Assembly (NCBI GenBank): GCA_044892525.1
Contig: CM097885.1
Location: 236,408,001 to 236,472,000 of the forward strand
Reading direction: 5' to 3'
Source of the DNA: Schmidtea polychroa
Taxonomy: Eukaryota
Length of the DNA stretch: 64,000 nt
In this document: piece by piece, positions 1 to 13,100 of the stretch
Numbering within the stretch: the first letter of the stretch is position 1
How the letters are laid out: the number at the start of each line of letters is the position of its first letter
The notes under the pieces: model-generated
Databases searched by the model: none
What the model saw: only the letters and a program-made list of their open reading frames with translations
Told to the model about the DNA's origin: nothing
Position numbers and translations under genes: made by a program

Positions 1-1473
1 GTTGTTCCTAATTGATTACGTTTACATAATACTTCATGTTTGTCCAGTGCGTTTCTATTTTTAAAACCATTCAAACACTGATGGCACCATAATGATTGTA
101 TGCGTGTAGGACAAGTAGTGTTGATATGACAATTCATTAACTTATTTAAATTACTTATAGCTACGTAATGGAAATTGTTTCCTTTATTTAATAGTAGTAA
201 ATTAATTATAGTTCCATTTAAAACTTTGGAACGATGTATAATATCTAAATGTGGATGTTTTAATACATAATTATCAGTTAATTATTTGCTATTATCATAT
301 GAAAAAACGTTAATTATTAAACCTGGATTTTTAGATTCAAATTTCCTAATATCTTTTAATTTCATAGGTAATTCTAACGGATCGTATACTAAGTCAGATA
401 AATTATAACTAGATGTCCTATTTCTAGCATATCTACTAATCTCATCATATTTTAAAATAGCTAAAATGCCATATAAAAAACATGAATCATCAGTGTTTTT
501 TATATTAATTAAACAATATTTATTTTTTAGATAAGTAGGTGTTTCAATGAAACTCCTACCACTTAATCTACTTAACCTACTTATTTTTGTTATGGTGAAA
601 TGTATTTCAGTAATATTTTTTATATTCCAACTGCTTCCTAACTCGGTAATATTAGTAATTTCTCATTTAATTCCTTAATGCCTTCATCAAAAAATGATGC
701 AGTTAAAGGCTTTGCATAATTTGAGATATTATTAACCTTTATTTCCCCGTCTTTTTCAAATTCGATTGTTATTCCGAATTAAATTTTGACGGAGCCTAAT
801 TCGTTAATAATATCTCGTAATTTTATTATTAATTGTTCAGGAAATATTATTTCTTTTATATTTAAGTCGCTAGTATTTAAGCTTAATATTTGATGGGTAC
901 CTCTTAGATCTTTTTGTATTATTGGAACATTTCCACCTATTTGTATTATATTTAATCCATCCCAAGAATCAAAGGAAGTGAATAATCCATCATTGAATTC
1001 AACAACCAATCCATCATCGGATTCAACAACCAATCCGACCTGGGATTCAACAAAAGACAATCCGTCCTGGGATTCAACAATCAATCCATTATTGGATTCA
1101 ACCTCTAATCCGACCTGGGATTCAACAAAAGGCAATCCAGCCTGGGATTCAACAAAAGACAATCCAGCCTGGAATTCAACATGCAATCCGTCCTGGGATT
1201 CAAAAGAAGTATCTAATTTAATTTTTTTATTTGTATTATTTTTTTCTATAGTTGAGGGTCTTTTAAAAACACTATCTTTTTTAAAATTAAACCTATCTAA
1301 ATGATTTTTATGTTTATTATAAAAAACGCTATATGTTACGGGGTCACTAGTCTTACATACGGGACATATAAAATAAGTTTTATTATAATATTTTTTCGTG
1401 TAATAATTCTCCATTATAGAATGGCAATTATTATCATGCTCTTTTGATGAACAATAATTTGGGTAAAGTATAC
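1..1473 (-). pseudogene. Polinton/Maverick protein-primed DNA polymerase B (pPolB) N-terminal part, copy A; runs off the window start
   Basis: ORF 779-1414 continues past an in-frame stop (VKI*FGITIEF) and a frameshift near 660 into SGRSFIETPTYLKNKYCLINIKNTDDSCFLYGILA...HYVAISNLNKL...CHQCLNGF...H, which is typical pPolB N-terminal sequence. It is homologous to 40363-41319. Splice acceptor at 1474-1475. Confidence 0.8.
960..1205 (-). repeat. 24-bp tandem repeat encoding about ten VESQxGLx units inside the pPolB N-terminus
   Basis: Repeated aatccgacctgggattcaacaa-like units; the translation shows VESQAGLP, VESQVGLE and VESQDGLS. Confidence 0.85.
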
Positions 1474-2149
1474 CTATAAAATAAAATTTAATAAAAAAAA
1501 TATAATTTAAATGAAATATTTTAATAAATGTTTACGCAAAAATTTGCAAATTATTATTATTTTACAAATTTTATTTACTAAAAAATAAAAATTTACTAAA
1601 TTAAAAATATTAACATTTACTTAAATAAAAAATTATATTAAATTTCCTTTAAATTATAAAAAGTAATCAATACTTACATTGTAAATTTTCATTTCGATTT
1701 ATTGACACATTGACATAATTTTTCTCTTTATTCGTATTATCTAAATTATTAATTAATTAAATCAATAAATTAAAAATTATGTTTACTTTTTCTTTTCAAA
1801 TTTCCTTTAATCTTCGATTTTAAATTGTCTTCATTAATATTATCTAAATTAATTAATAAATAAATTAATAAATAAATTAAAATTTACCAAATTCCTGATT
1901 TTTTCTCGGACATTCATAACGTTTTCTATTAAAGAATTCATTTTTATGAGTTAATTATTTGTTAAATGTGACTAATGATTGATTATTGTTTATAGGAACA
2001 AATTCTAACCAATCAAAATCAAGGAAGGGTAGGAAAAAATTAATATATTACGTTGCGGTATTTTAAAATTTAAATATATTTAAAAAACACATTTTAACGC
2101 TAAAGTTGACTTATGTAACAAAGACATAATAAACTTATTATTTACTACA

Positions 2150-3930
2150 AATATTTCACCTATCAAATACTTAACTAGAGATGATATATATTGATTGTTC
2201 ATAAAAGCAAACTTAATCATAAATTTCTGTATATCCTACAATAATTATCAAGTAAATTTAAAGTTAACTGGTTTCTTAGCTTATGTTTATTTTTAAAAAG
2301 TTCATCAATGTGTAAATATTCTTAGAAAATTATTGAAAAAAATTATTTAGTCAAATGCATTACAAAGTCATCTAAAATTAAACCACTTACTTAATTATTA
2401 ACCTAACAGTCATTAAAAAAAATTAATTTTTATTTAAAATTTAACAAATTATCAAGAAATTCAATTAAAATCATCATTAAAACTTTAAATTTTTTAATAA
2501 ATCAACATGAAATTCTTAGAAAATATATGAAAAAAAAATATTATTACAAAGTTATATTCTATCACGTGATTATTAACCTGACTGTCATTAAAAATAATTT
2601 TTATTTAAAATTAAAAAAAAACCAATCAATTAAAATGCATCCAATTATCAAGAAATTAATTAAATTTATTTTAGAACTAACTTAAAATTTTTAAATATTC
2701 ATTTAATCCACATGAAATTCACGAAAATGATAAAAATTCACAAAAACCATCAACTCTAAAAACATAATTACTAATGAATACCTTAAACACAAAAATTTAT
2801 CTAAATAATCTTTCAAATTAATTCATTAAAATTGAAGACAACACGCTATATTTTGTCATTACATTCAATTAAAATTAAATAAATCAAGATAAGAACTTTG
2901 ATAAAAAATATTATTCTAAAATGGTAAGAATTAACACTGTAGTGTTAAATGAAAAGGTAATTATTCTTTAAATCTAATTAACTTAGTCATAATTTTCTTT
3001 AATTTAACCCTTTATTTACTTAATTTAGTCCTTGTTTACCAAATATAGACCATTGATTACTTTAATTTAAAAATGTATCCCTTAATTTACATAATTTCCA
3101 TCTAAAATTATTTCAAAAATTTTTTTTTCTAAAATTGTCATTGAAAAATATTTCATAAAAGTTTTTATTTAAAATTTTCATTGAAAAATATTTCATAAAA
3201 ATTTTCATTAAAAATTATCTTAAAAATTATTCCATAAAAATTTCCATCTAAAATTACTTAAAAAAATTATTTCATAAAAATTTTCATTAAAAAATTTCAA
3301 TTCTCAAACACCTTCTATTATTTCAACTTTTTGTTAATAAATTTTAAAATCTTACTTTAATTTACTTATTTAAAAATTATTACTTTAATTTACTTATTTA
3401 ACTTTAATTTAAATTTTTTACCATTGATTACTTAATTTAAAAATTTGGACCTTAATTAACTTTATTTTAATTTTTTAGAACCTTAATTTACTTTAATTTT
3501 AAATTTTGAACCTTAATTAACTTTAATTCAAAATTTGGACCTTAATTTACTTAATTAAAATTTTAGACCTAATTTGCTTATTTATCTTTAATTTACTTAA
3601 GTTTAAAAATATATACCTTAATTTACTTTAATTTAAAATTTTAGACCATAATTTACTTAATTGAAAATTTTAGACTTTATTTTAGAACTTAAAGAATTAA
3701 AGATAAATAAGCAAATTAAGGTCTAAAATTTTAATTAAGTAAATTAAGGTCTAAAATTTAGACCATAATTTCATGTAAAATTTTAGACCTTAATTTACTT
3801 AATTGAAAATTTTAGACATCAATTTACTTAATGGAAAATTTTAGACCTTAATTTACTTAATTGAAAATTTTAGACCATAATTTTCATGTAAAATTGTCAT
3901 TGAAAAAATTTTCATTTCTCAGGCGCCGTT
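2150..3930. repeat. Non-coding AT-rich Polinton A subterminal region, homologous to the giant palindrome
   Basis: 2150-3240 matches the reverse complement of about 27990-29075. 3290-3460 resembles about 33800-33960. It contains short ttagaccttaatttact repeats and a local inverted repeat (about 3541-3593 vs 3695-3750). Confidence 0.75.
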
Positions 3931-4599
3931 TAGTAGGTAGTTAGGAGCCCGCAGCAAATTGTTGCATCTTTAAAATTGTTGCAACTTTTGATTACGCAAT
4001 TGTTGCAACTCACATTTTTTGCTTTTTCGATTACGCAATTGAAAAATCCGTCGTTCCCTTTTATTCATAGAAGATATTGTTAGACAAAATCTGATTTCAA
4101 GTATACATAGTTGAAGTGTAACTAAAATATATCGGAACATAGCACACAGATACAATATCAAGTCGAGTCAAACTCAGAAACACTTCAAAAATATTAATTA
4201 AATACCACTAAATAGAATTCACTCAATACCAAAATAATAAACATAAAAGTAAAATAAGATGAAACAAAATTAAGAAGTATTACATGAAATCAACTCAATC
4301 ACAACATAGACACAACAAAAGTAAGCAAATTTGAATTAATGGAGATAAGAGAAAGTAGGTATGGAAATTAGAAAGATTTCCATAAAATATGATCAGAAAA
4401 ATGAATTGGGGATAATAATTATAATTGAAATGAACAGAAAACTAGAATATTCTATTCAAATGGCGAAATCAATCATGACCCCCAAGTATCTAGTGGAAAT
4501 TAACTAAAAGATAAAAATTTAAGAATTAAATTAGCAAAAAACTAACCTGGGAAAACCTGAGTTAAAATAAATACAAATTATTTAATAAAATCATTAAAA

Positions 4600-5160
4600 C
4601 GACATCCATGCAGATCCGAGCTCAGTTTAGTCCGTAACTTATGCCTCTTTATTTCTTCATTTCTAAATAACACTTGACATATTTGAAGCACTATTGGTAA
4701 CTATACATAAAATATGCTCTTCTTTAATTTTAAAATTTTTTAGAATTTCTTCCAATATATTTTTAGGTATTAACTTGGGTGATGAGTTTAAGTATCTTAT
4801 ACTGATAAGATCTGAGTTATGGTTTTTTAATGAACCGAACGTTAATTGTAATGTAGTTTTCTATGTACCAAGTGCATCCATCTATTTTAATAAAAACAAA
4901 GCTACATTCTAAATTTTTTATAAATCGACCTCTGTTTTTCAGCCTCATCTCTTACCATTTTTCTAATGCTATCACTTTTTGAAGAAATTTTAAGTTTGCT
5001 AGTTATTTTACCATTAAATTCTAATAATGCTGGAGCTGAAGAAAAGGATATTGGTACACTGTTTTGAACGACCATTTGTAATTAAGGCATTTTTGAAGCT
5101 TTCTGCTGTCATTATCAGTAATTTGATCGCTAGTGTAGAATTTAGATAATGCCGGTTGTG
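4600..5160 (-). pseudogene. Degenerate hAT-type transposase fragment
   Basis: The minus strand reads SIRKMVRDEAEKQR...FVFIKIDGCTWYIENYITINVRF, resembling the first catalytic-Asp strand of hAT transposases; it has several disruptions. Confidence 0.4.
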
Positions 5161-7178
5161 CTAGATTTATTTTCTTATTTATTTCATATTTCTAAATCAT
5201 GTCTTTATTAATAATTGTAATGTACAGTCATACATTTTATTTATTTTTAAACAAGGTTTCGCGACACCTTGTTATTTCATTGAGGGTAAGTCGTAATGGC
5301 AAAGGAATAAAATATACTATATAGCGATAATTTACTATGGTGAATTATTGCTATATAAAAATTGACAATACGAAAACAAATCAATAACTCCATGAAAATA
5401 TACAACTGAAAGAAACCAAAAAATAACGATAGAAACAGCTTTAAAATAAAATCTACCAGACTAAAAACGAATAAAAGACGAAGATCCTAATAAATAGCAG
5501 AAATAAAAGAAAGCAAAAGATATCCGAAAACAAAATATTCTTCGAATTTGCCTATATCCGAAACTAAAGAAAACCAAAATACCATTCGGATTAATTTATA
5601 CCCGAAACCAAAATATCGTTCGGGTCAATTTATATTCAGATCTAAAATAAACTAAAATACCCTGAGAAACAAATTATACTCGAGACTAAAAGAAACCTAA
5701 CTATCCTGAGAAGAGAATTATATTCGAAACGAAGTTCATATAAGTGCGTATTATTTTATTTATTTCATTAATAAAAGTTATTGTTTGTATCTGTTATTGT
5801 TAATTCATTACTGTATTTTTATACATTCCTACATACATTCACCCCAGCTGTCCCGAGACAGTTTATTTACTGGAGACTCGGCTGGGCTCTTCAAATCCCT
5901 ATTACACACGCAATCACTCATCAACTACACAAATAAAAAAAACAAATATAGATCAACGAATACAATAACAATAATTTTTTATAAATATCCTTACTGTTAG
6001 TAGAAGCACTAACTAAAAATAGTTATATAAATAATTCTAAAAAAGATAATTCAGTTGCTTTAGAAATTCTCAGTTGTGGTCTGCATGAATGCTTTATTTT
6101 ATAACGTTGAAAATTTCATTCAAATTTAATTTTTTTTGTGTTTGGAACCAAGCTATTTTGATCAACTCAGGCTCCACAGCGCTGGAAACAAGGTTCAAAG
6201 TTAAAGGTATTTAATAAAGAAAGGGATGTGAGAATTTTTGAACATAATTATTAACAATCATTAAAATTAAATAATCAAACTAAATAATAAAGTAGATTAA
6301 AAGATTTTATACAAATAGATATTATTCGTGAAGATCAAAGCTTTTTAATAAATTAAAATAATTATTTTAAAGATATTTTAAATTAATGTTGTTATTTTAA
6401 AATGTATTTTTATAATTAAAAATTAGATTAAATGGATATAAATTGCTGGTTGATAATTTGTTTATCACTGCATACGATATATTATCATGATTATAATAAA
6501 TATTTTGAATCAATAAAAAGAATTGATTGTGATTCGAAAGTTCAAAAAATTAAAACAAGGAATTTATTCTGGATTTTTGATTTGACTTGTGAAATTATTT
6601 CTGCTATTCTTGTATTTGTTCAAAATGAATGCATTCCTTAAAATTTGAACTGTATTCATTTAAATATCCTTCCATTTTAAAATGATTCACTGTCCCAATT
6701 TGAATATTAAAATATCTGTCAAACCCAAATTAATCACATATACTTTGTTTTCGTTGAACTTTAAGACATTCATGGAGTGAGTGGATTATTTCCTAATTTT
6801 TTCAAAAACTTCTATACCAGTGCTGATTTTTTAGACAGACTAAAAATCTATATAAATATTTCCTAATATGAATTCAACATAGACTTATATTAAGTTTAAC
6901 AAATCAATGTAAAGTAAAAAATGGGCAAATTCCAATTTCGTTCTTCGTATGTTCAAGATTCATTAAGTCGACTTGAAGAAGGAAGAGAGGTATAAAGTAA
7001 TTTATTATTTAAAATAAATTAACAAAATTTATTAATAAAAATATATCATTTACTAGTAAAACAATAAATTTTAATTATCACTATTAATTTAATTGCAAAA
7101 ATAATACAATTAAAATTAAATTAAAATTCTAACTAAATAGAAAATATTTTAAGTAACTGAAATTATTTTTTACTTTAT

Positions 7179-10100
7179 TTAATCCTCAATTTTTAGTCTC
7201 TTTTTTAAAAGGACAAGAACTTCATGACAAGTATCGAAATGAGGCTGGGTTTGAATTTTTACTGAATTATACCAATTAAAAACATTGGGGAAATTGTTTT
7301 CTGTCGTAGCATGCCAGTTTGTTAATTTAAAACACAAATAATCGCATTGGCTTATTTCACAAGCTGCGAGAACATCGGCAATAGTTAATGAAGGTGAACC
7401 TCCAATAAAAGAGTTTGGTTTTACTAGGAAATGATTATTCATCGCATCTAGGCTTTCTTCCATTGCATCCAAATAAAAGTTCTTCTTATCAGCATCCGGC
7501 ATTTGACCTGTTATTATGGGACCAAGTATCTGAAGGTCAAGTAAAACATTAATGTTGTTTTTTTGCAGTTTTTTTGATGATCAGTTCAAAATTGTAAGTT
7601 TTCAAGGAATTTTATAAATTAATAGAATTACTAGTATAAGTATTCCAAAAAATAAACTTCACACACTAAGATACTTTTAAAATATCTTTTAAAATAATTC
7701 TACTTGGTTTCTAATATATAAAGATGAAAGTTTGTTTGTTTGTTACCCATAGAATTCCCCACAGTTGGACCTAGGGTGCTGAAATTTTGCACGGGACCAT
7801 CATTTGATCCGGGACAGGTCATAGGCTATGTTTCAGCCCCAGGTGACCACACATAGGGTACCCTAACACTACTTTATCATAAGTGATATATAAATTACAT
7901 GTACTTTTTATTAATTATATTTTAATGTATTTTTTAAATCATTTCTTCAAATGAATGAATTGAAATAAATTTTTTTTTGAATCCGTTTACTATTTTTTAA
8001 ATCGTGCAACGCCGGGTACCCCAGCTAGTATTCTATAAGGATATAAATAAATTATCCTTTTATTAATTTTATTCGAAAAGTCCACCTTTACTTTCAATAA
8101 CTATTTATGTACGACATTGAAATCTTCTATATACTCGAATAAACTAGTTCATATTGAACATTACTATGAATAGCGGCTTTCAAAGAACCTTTGGTGTTGT
8201 TGGATGACAGGGGCAGACTAGTCAAATATTTCCAGCTCGATGAGAATTATTGAATAGGCCCTAGCAAGTATATGGTCAACATTTATGCTGAACAAAATAA
8301 ATAAACCAATTTCTCAGCTTATCATTCAGTCCAATACAAACCCAACCCAATTTTAATCTACTTAGAAAGCAATCCAATACAACCCCAAGTTAATCAAACC
8401 CAGTAAACATTTAATTATTCATGTATATATTGGATGATTTATCCATTTGACTATTTATCATTTTATTGTGTACATAATTTTTTACTGTAAAAAATTGCTT
8501 TTATTTAATTATGGTTTGTCTGTAACAGAAAATTTTTAAAAAATAAAGGGAAAAATATAATCGGACAATTAAATAAATATGTATAAAGTGATGATTTCTT
8601 GGTAGCAGCATTTATTATTTAAAACAATAAAGTGATAATTTAAGCCTTTTGCTGCGAATAATGTATTTAATGAAATAATTTTCGACTATAAGAAAGTCCT
8701 TGTCAATATCCTTGTCAAGGACTATCTTATAGTCGAAAATATTTTCATTAAATACATTATTCACAGCAAAAGGCTTAAATTATCACTTTATTGTTTTAAA
8801 TAAATATGTATTATAATAATTTAAAAAATAAATTAAAAATTTATTCAAATGTTATTCAACATAGCTAAACAAATAATTAAATATTCCATATCATATTATA
8901 TTGCTATTTTATGTTATAGTCAAAAAATCAGTATAAATACTAAGTGAGAGCTGAGTTTCTTTGGCATAAATTTTGAAGAGGTAGACCTCAGAGAGAAAAT
9001 AAAACTGCAGAACAAAGCTAAACACATTTATATTTGTTGCCGTAAGTATTACATAACTCGATCCAACATAAGAACAATCACACAACAAGCACCATTGTTT
9101 TTATCATCGAATTGAAAGCAGCTGTAAATTTTAGAAATTATTTTGGTAAATTTCATAATTGAATATATCTTATTTATAAGTCTTTTCGTAGTTATTTTAT
9201 ATAAGAACCAGTTAGGTTGAAACTCTCAAATATCGAGGCCTCAACACTGTTATAGGGTTATTTATTGACCTTTATCTCAATAACGCATCAAACTTAGTAG
9301 TAGCCGGATGTATAATTGATATCCTTGTAGGGGCAATTTTTGATTCGAGTTCGGTTAATAGTAATTTTAAATATTCCGTCTTCGGACTTCCACATAAACG
9401 TCACTTCGTAAGGTCCTAGACAATACCTTGCCGCTAATCAACATCTTGTGATAGATTTTCAACATGCACGACAAAATATCAGCTTCAATACATGTTTTAC
9501 TTTCTAAATGTTGACAGAAAACAGTTTTAACCTTTTTGATGCTACATCCGTAAATATAGGTAAGAAAATAATCCAATGTTCTACTTCCCTATATGTACAT
9601 TTTACAGCTAACCTAACGTCGCACACAAATAGCATTCCCTATTCCATTAATTTTATTAACCGATATTTAAATTACCAACTTTATACATATACATTACTCA
9701 CATCTACCATGAAGCAAATAAAAGAGTTGGTGAGTCCTGGAGAGAAGACTAAGCCCAATATCAAGAAAGACCTATACCTGATAAAGACAATGATTTGCGT
9801 ATGGTGGGACTGGGAAGGTCTAATCCACTGTGAAATGCTTAGAAAGAACATGACAGTTGAAAAGAATCTCTATAAAGCCTAATTGCATTGAGTCAATGAG
9901 GCAATTCAACAAAAAAGACAGGATCGACAAGGCCAGGTGATCCTCCTCCATAACAATGCTCGACCACACACCGCAAAAAACTGCGAAGATGGCACTTAAA
10001 GAGCTCGGTTGGGAGGTCCTTCAACATCCTCCCTATTCTGCAGACCTCGCCCAGACGGATCAACATCTCTTCTGCTGCTTTTCAAAAAATCAGGATTATC

Positions 10101-13100
10101 TTGAGAATTGGCTCAACAACTTCTTCAAGACTCGACCTAAGGATTTCTGACACAATGGAATCAAAAAACTGGTGTAATGATTGGAAGAAGTAGTGAACAA
10201 TGAAGGAGAGTAGATTATTTTGGTTGTTAAAATTCTTTGATTTCTTTGAAAATAAATGTTTAAAAAACGACGGGAACTTATGCAACAACCAAATATTTAC
10301 TAAATGAACCTCGAAAAAACACTCAGATTATCATAGGAAATGTAAAACTGAGCATGATTTTTAATTAATTATTTCTCATTAAATATAATAAGCTTTAACT
10401 AAAATAATTAAAATCAATTACATAATCATCCTTTTTTCATTTTCAATACATTACCAAATGTCTTTCACCATTCATTTGCCAAAATCATATCCACTAAATC
10501 AGAGGATTTCAATCCTTTTTTTACCGGTGGAGTACTATTTTATATTCTTCGAAAATGCGGAACCGCAATATTAAAAGTGAGTTTAAAATAACAGATATTC
10601 ACACTACATACATTTATTTTTTATACCAAGATACACTGAATTTCAAAATAAAAGTTTAATAAAGAAAGTGAGCACTTCAATAAGAGCAGTACCTGCCAAA
10701 CATTTTTTGTTCGCGGCACACTAAGAAACGGCCTTTTGTTTTGCGACACACTAGTAGGTAGATGCGAGCCCCTTACGCCACCATTAGTTACCGCGCACTG
10801 GTTAGCAACAGAGCCCTCTACCCCCTCATTTTTCAAGGTCAAGTCCCGATTATTGATTTTAAAGTGAATTTATAGATTTTTAAGTGCAAAATTTTCAAAT
10901 TAGAAATTCAAGTATTGATTTAAATGTGCAATTATTGATTAAAAAGTGCGAATATTGATTTAAAAGTGAATTTTTACTTTTTTGTTTTATTTCACTGTAT
11001 CGCGGGAGTTTGAAATTTTCAAAATATTATTTCGACTCAAATATAGAGGATGACGTCACCTACATCTTTGCTGACCACAACAATTTTGTATCTCTTCAAG
11101 ATTTGCTGGCGAAAAATTTAAATTTTTCAGAGAAAAGTGACTAGAAAAAGATTATTTGAGATATTTGGAAATTTTCTTTTTGTAAAATATGGAGAATTGC
11201 AAGCCCTACTGATCACGACTTGTTCAAATATTTATTGGAAAATGGTCAAAATACAAAAAAAAACAAATATTTTGTACCTTAAATGGCGCTAGGTTCCAGA
11301 AGCTTATCATGCAAAAGTCTCTAAATTTTACTTTGTAAAATGTTAGACCTTTGAGTGAAGTACATTTTTGTTGAAGAAACCATTTTCGTAACTTTTGAAA
11401 AAGACGGTTAAAATCACGTTCGAAACTCAGTATAATTTAAAATCTTAAATTCCCGCCCTATGAGTCCTCATTTTTTTCAAGGTCAAATTTTTTGGCGGCT
11501 TTTTAAAAATAAATTTTATTGATTTTTAAGTGCAATTTAAGTCAGAGGTATTTCCAGTTATTCTTAATATTGAAACCATATTTTGTCCAGACACCCTACA
11601 CGACAAAGATGTATTCTTTGATGAAAAACAAGAATTCTTACAAAATTTGTTGAAAAGATTTCTTTTCTATAGACCTTTTATTTAAGGAACATTTTGGGAA
11701 CTAGAGGAAAGCGACATAATTAGTCGAGACAACCTTCATAAAAAAGTTGCGTCTTGATTCAACTAAGAAAGTTTCTTAATAAAATTCTCGAAAAATAACT
11801 TATTACTCCCACGAATTAAGAAAATGTAAAATATATCGATAATTCTCAAAAGTTCGGCTATGAAATATTTTCATCCTACTTATTTATGACAGTTCATCGA
11901 AAAATTGAGATATTTTAACGGGACTTTAAACTTTTCTTATTAGTTGTCAATGGAGATGTCGAATCTTTTTTCAAATGTATAAGATTATTTCGCGAAATAT
12001 GAATTTTTGTTTAAATAAACCCATTTTTTAATATATAGAGCCCACACGAAGAGTTATTAATACAAATATTTTTGTTTTAGATGTAATTCATAACAGAGAT
12101 CTCGAATCTTTGTTTAAAATATTTTCGAGGGAAATTTCAAAATTATGAATTATTTTCAAATTATTTTCATATTAACATATATAAACAATGATTGTAGAAC
12201 ATTAATTTAAATGGATTTACAAAATAAAGCTGTTTATAAAATTGTCGGACCTAGTGGTAGAGGTAATTTTTGTATGTAAACTACTGCAGTCTAATTTGTT
12301 TGATGATAAATTCAACAAAATATATTGGCATCGAGGTTCGGAAAATGAAAATGGGTTGATTCATTCAGAATTTGCAAAGTTCAAATGAAAATCATAAAAG
12401 GATTTGATAATGATTGGACAAAACGTTTACAAAAGAGAGATGTCATCATTATCGATGATTTGTATGAAGAAGCCAACAAAGAAAAGAAATTTAATAATTT
12501 GTTTACAAAAATTTCTAGAGATGTTGGAGTTACAGTTATTTTTATAACTCAAAACCTTTTCCATCAAGGAGGAAATCATAGAACCCGTAATTTAAATGTA
12601 CATTATGTTACAATTTTTTAAAACCCTAGAGATGTAACAGTTATCAATTTTCTAGCTAGACAAGCATTTTCAAACAATAGGAAATTTTTACTTGAAGCGT
12701 TTCAAGATGCAACTAAAAATCCCCATGGTTATTTATTTCTAGACTTTACTCAGAAATGTAGCGATGATTTACGAGTTCGTACAGATATTTTCAACAAAAT
12801 CGGTGCTACTGTATATAAACAAAGTTGATCAAATCAATAGACTGATAATGTCATTTCAAAAAATTATTGTCAAACCTTCAAAGAAAAGGAAATTGAAAAA
12901 TTTGATTGGCAAGCGTAAGAAAAGAAAAATTTCAAAGAAAATTCCACCGAAAACTAGTTATACAGAACCAAAAGAGTTCCAATTATCAAAACAGAAACCT
13001 AAAGAATTTAAAACATCTAGACCAGTGTTCTTCAACCTGGGTTCCGCGGAACCCTTGGGTTCCGTATAAAAAATTATGGGTTCCGCGAACAAATTTTATG

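Noticed and set aside
978..1304. Plus-strand ORF with NPSWDST repeats
   Set aside because: It is the antisense shadow of the 24-bp repeat in the pPolB N-terminus.
9367..9576. CIEADILSC as a reverse-transcriptase motif
   Set aside because: No other RT motifs were found nearby, so the evidence is too weak.
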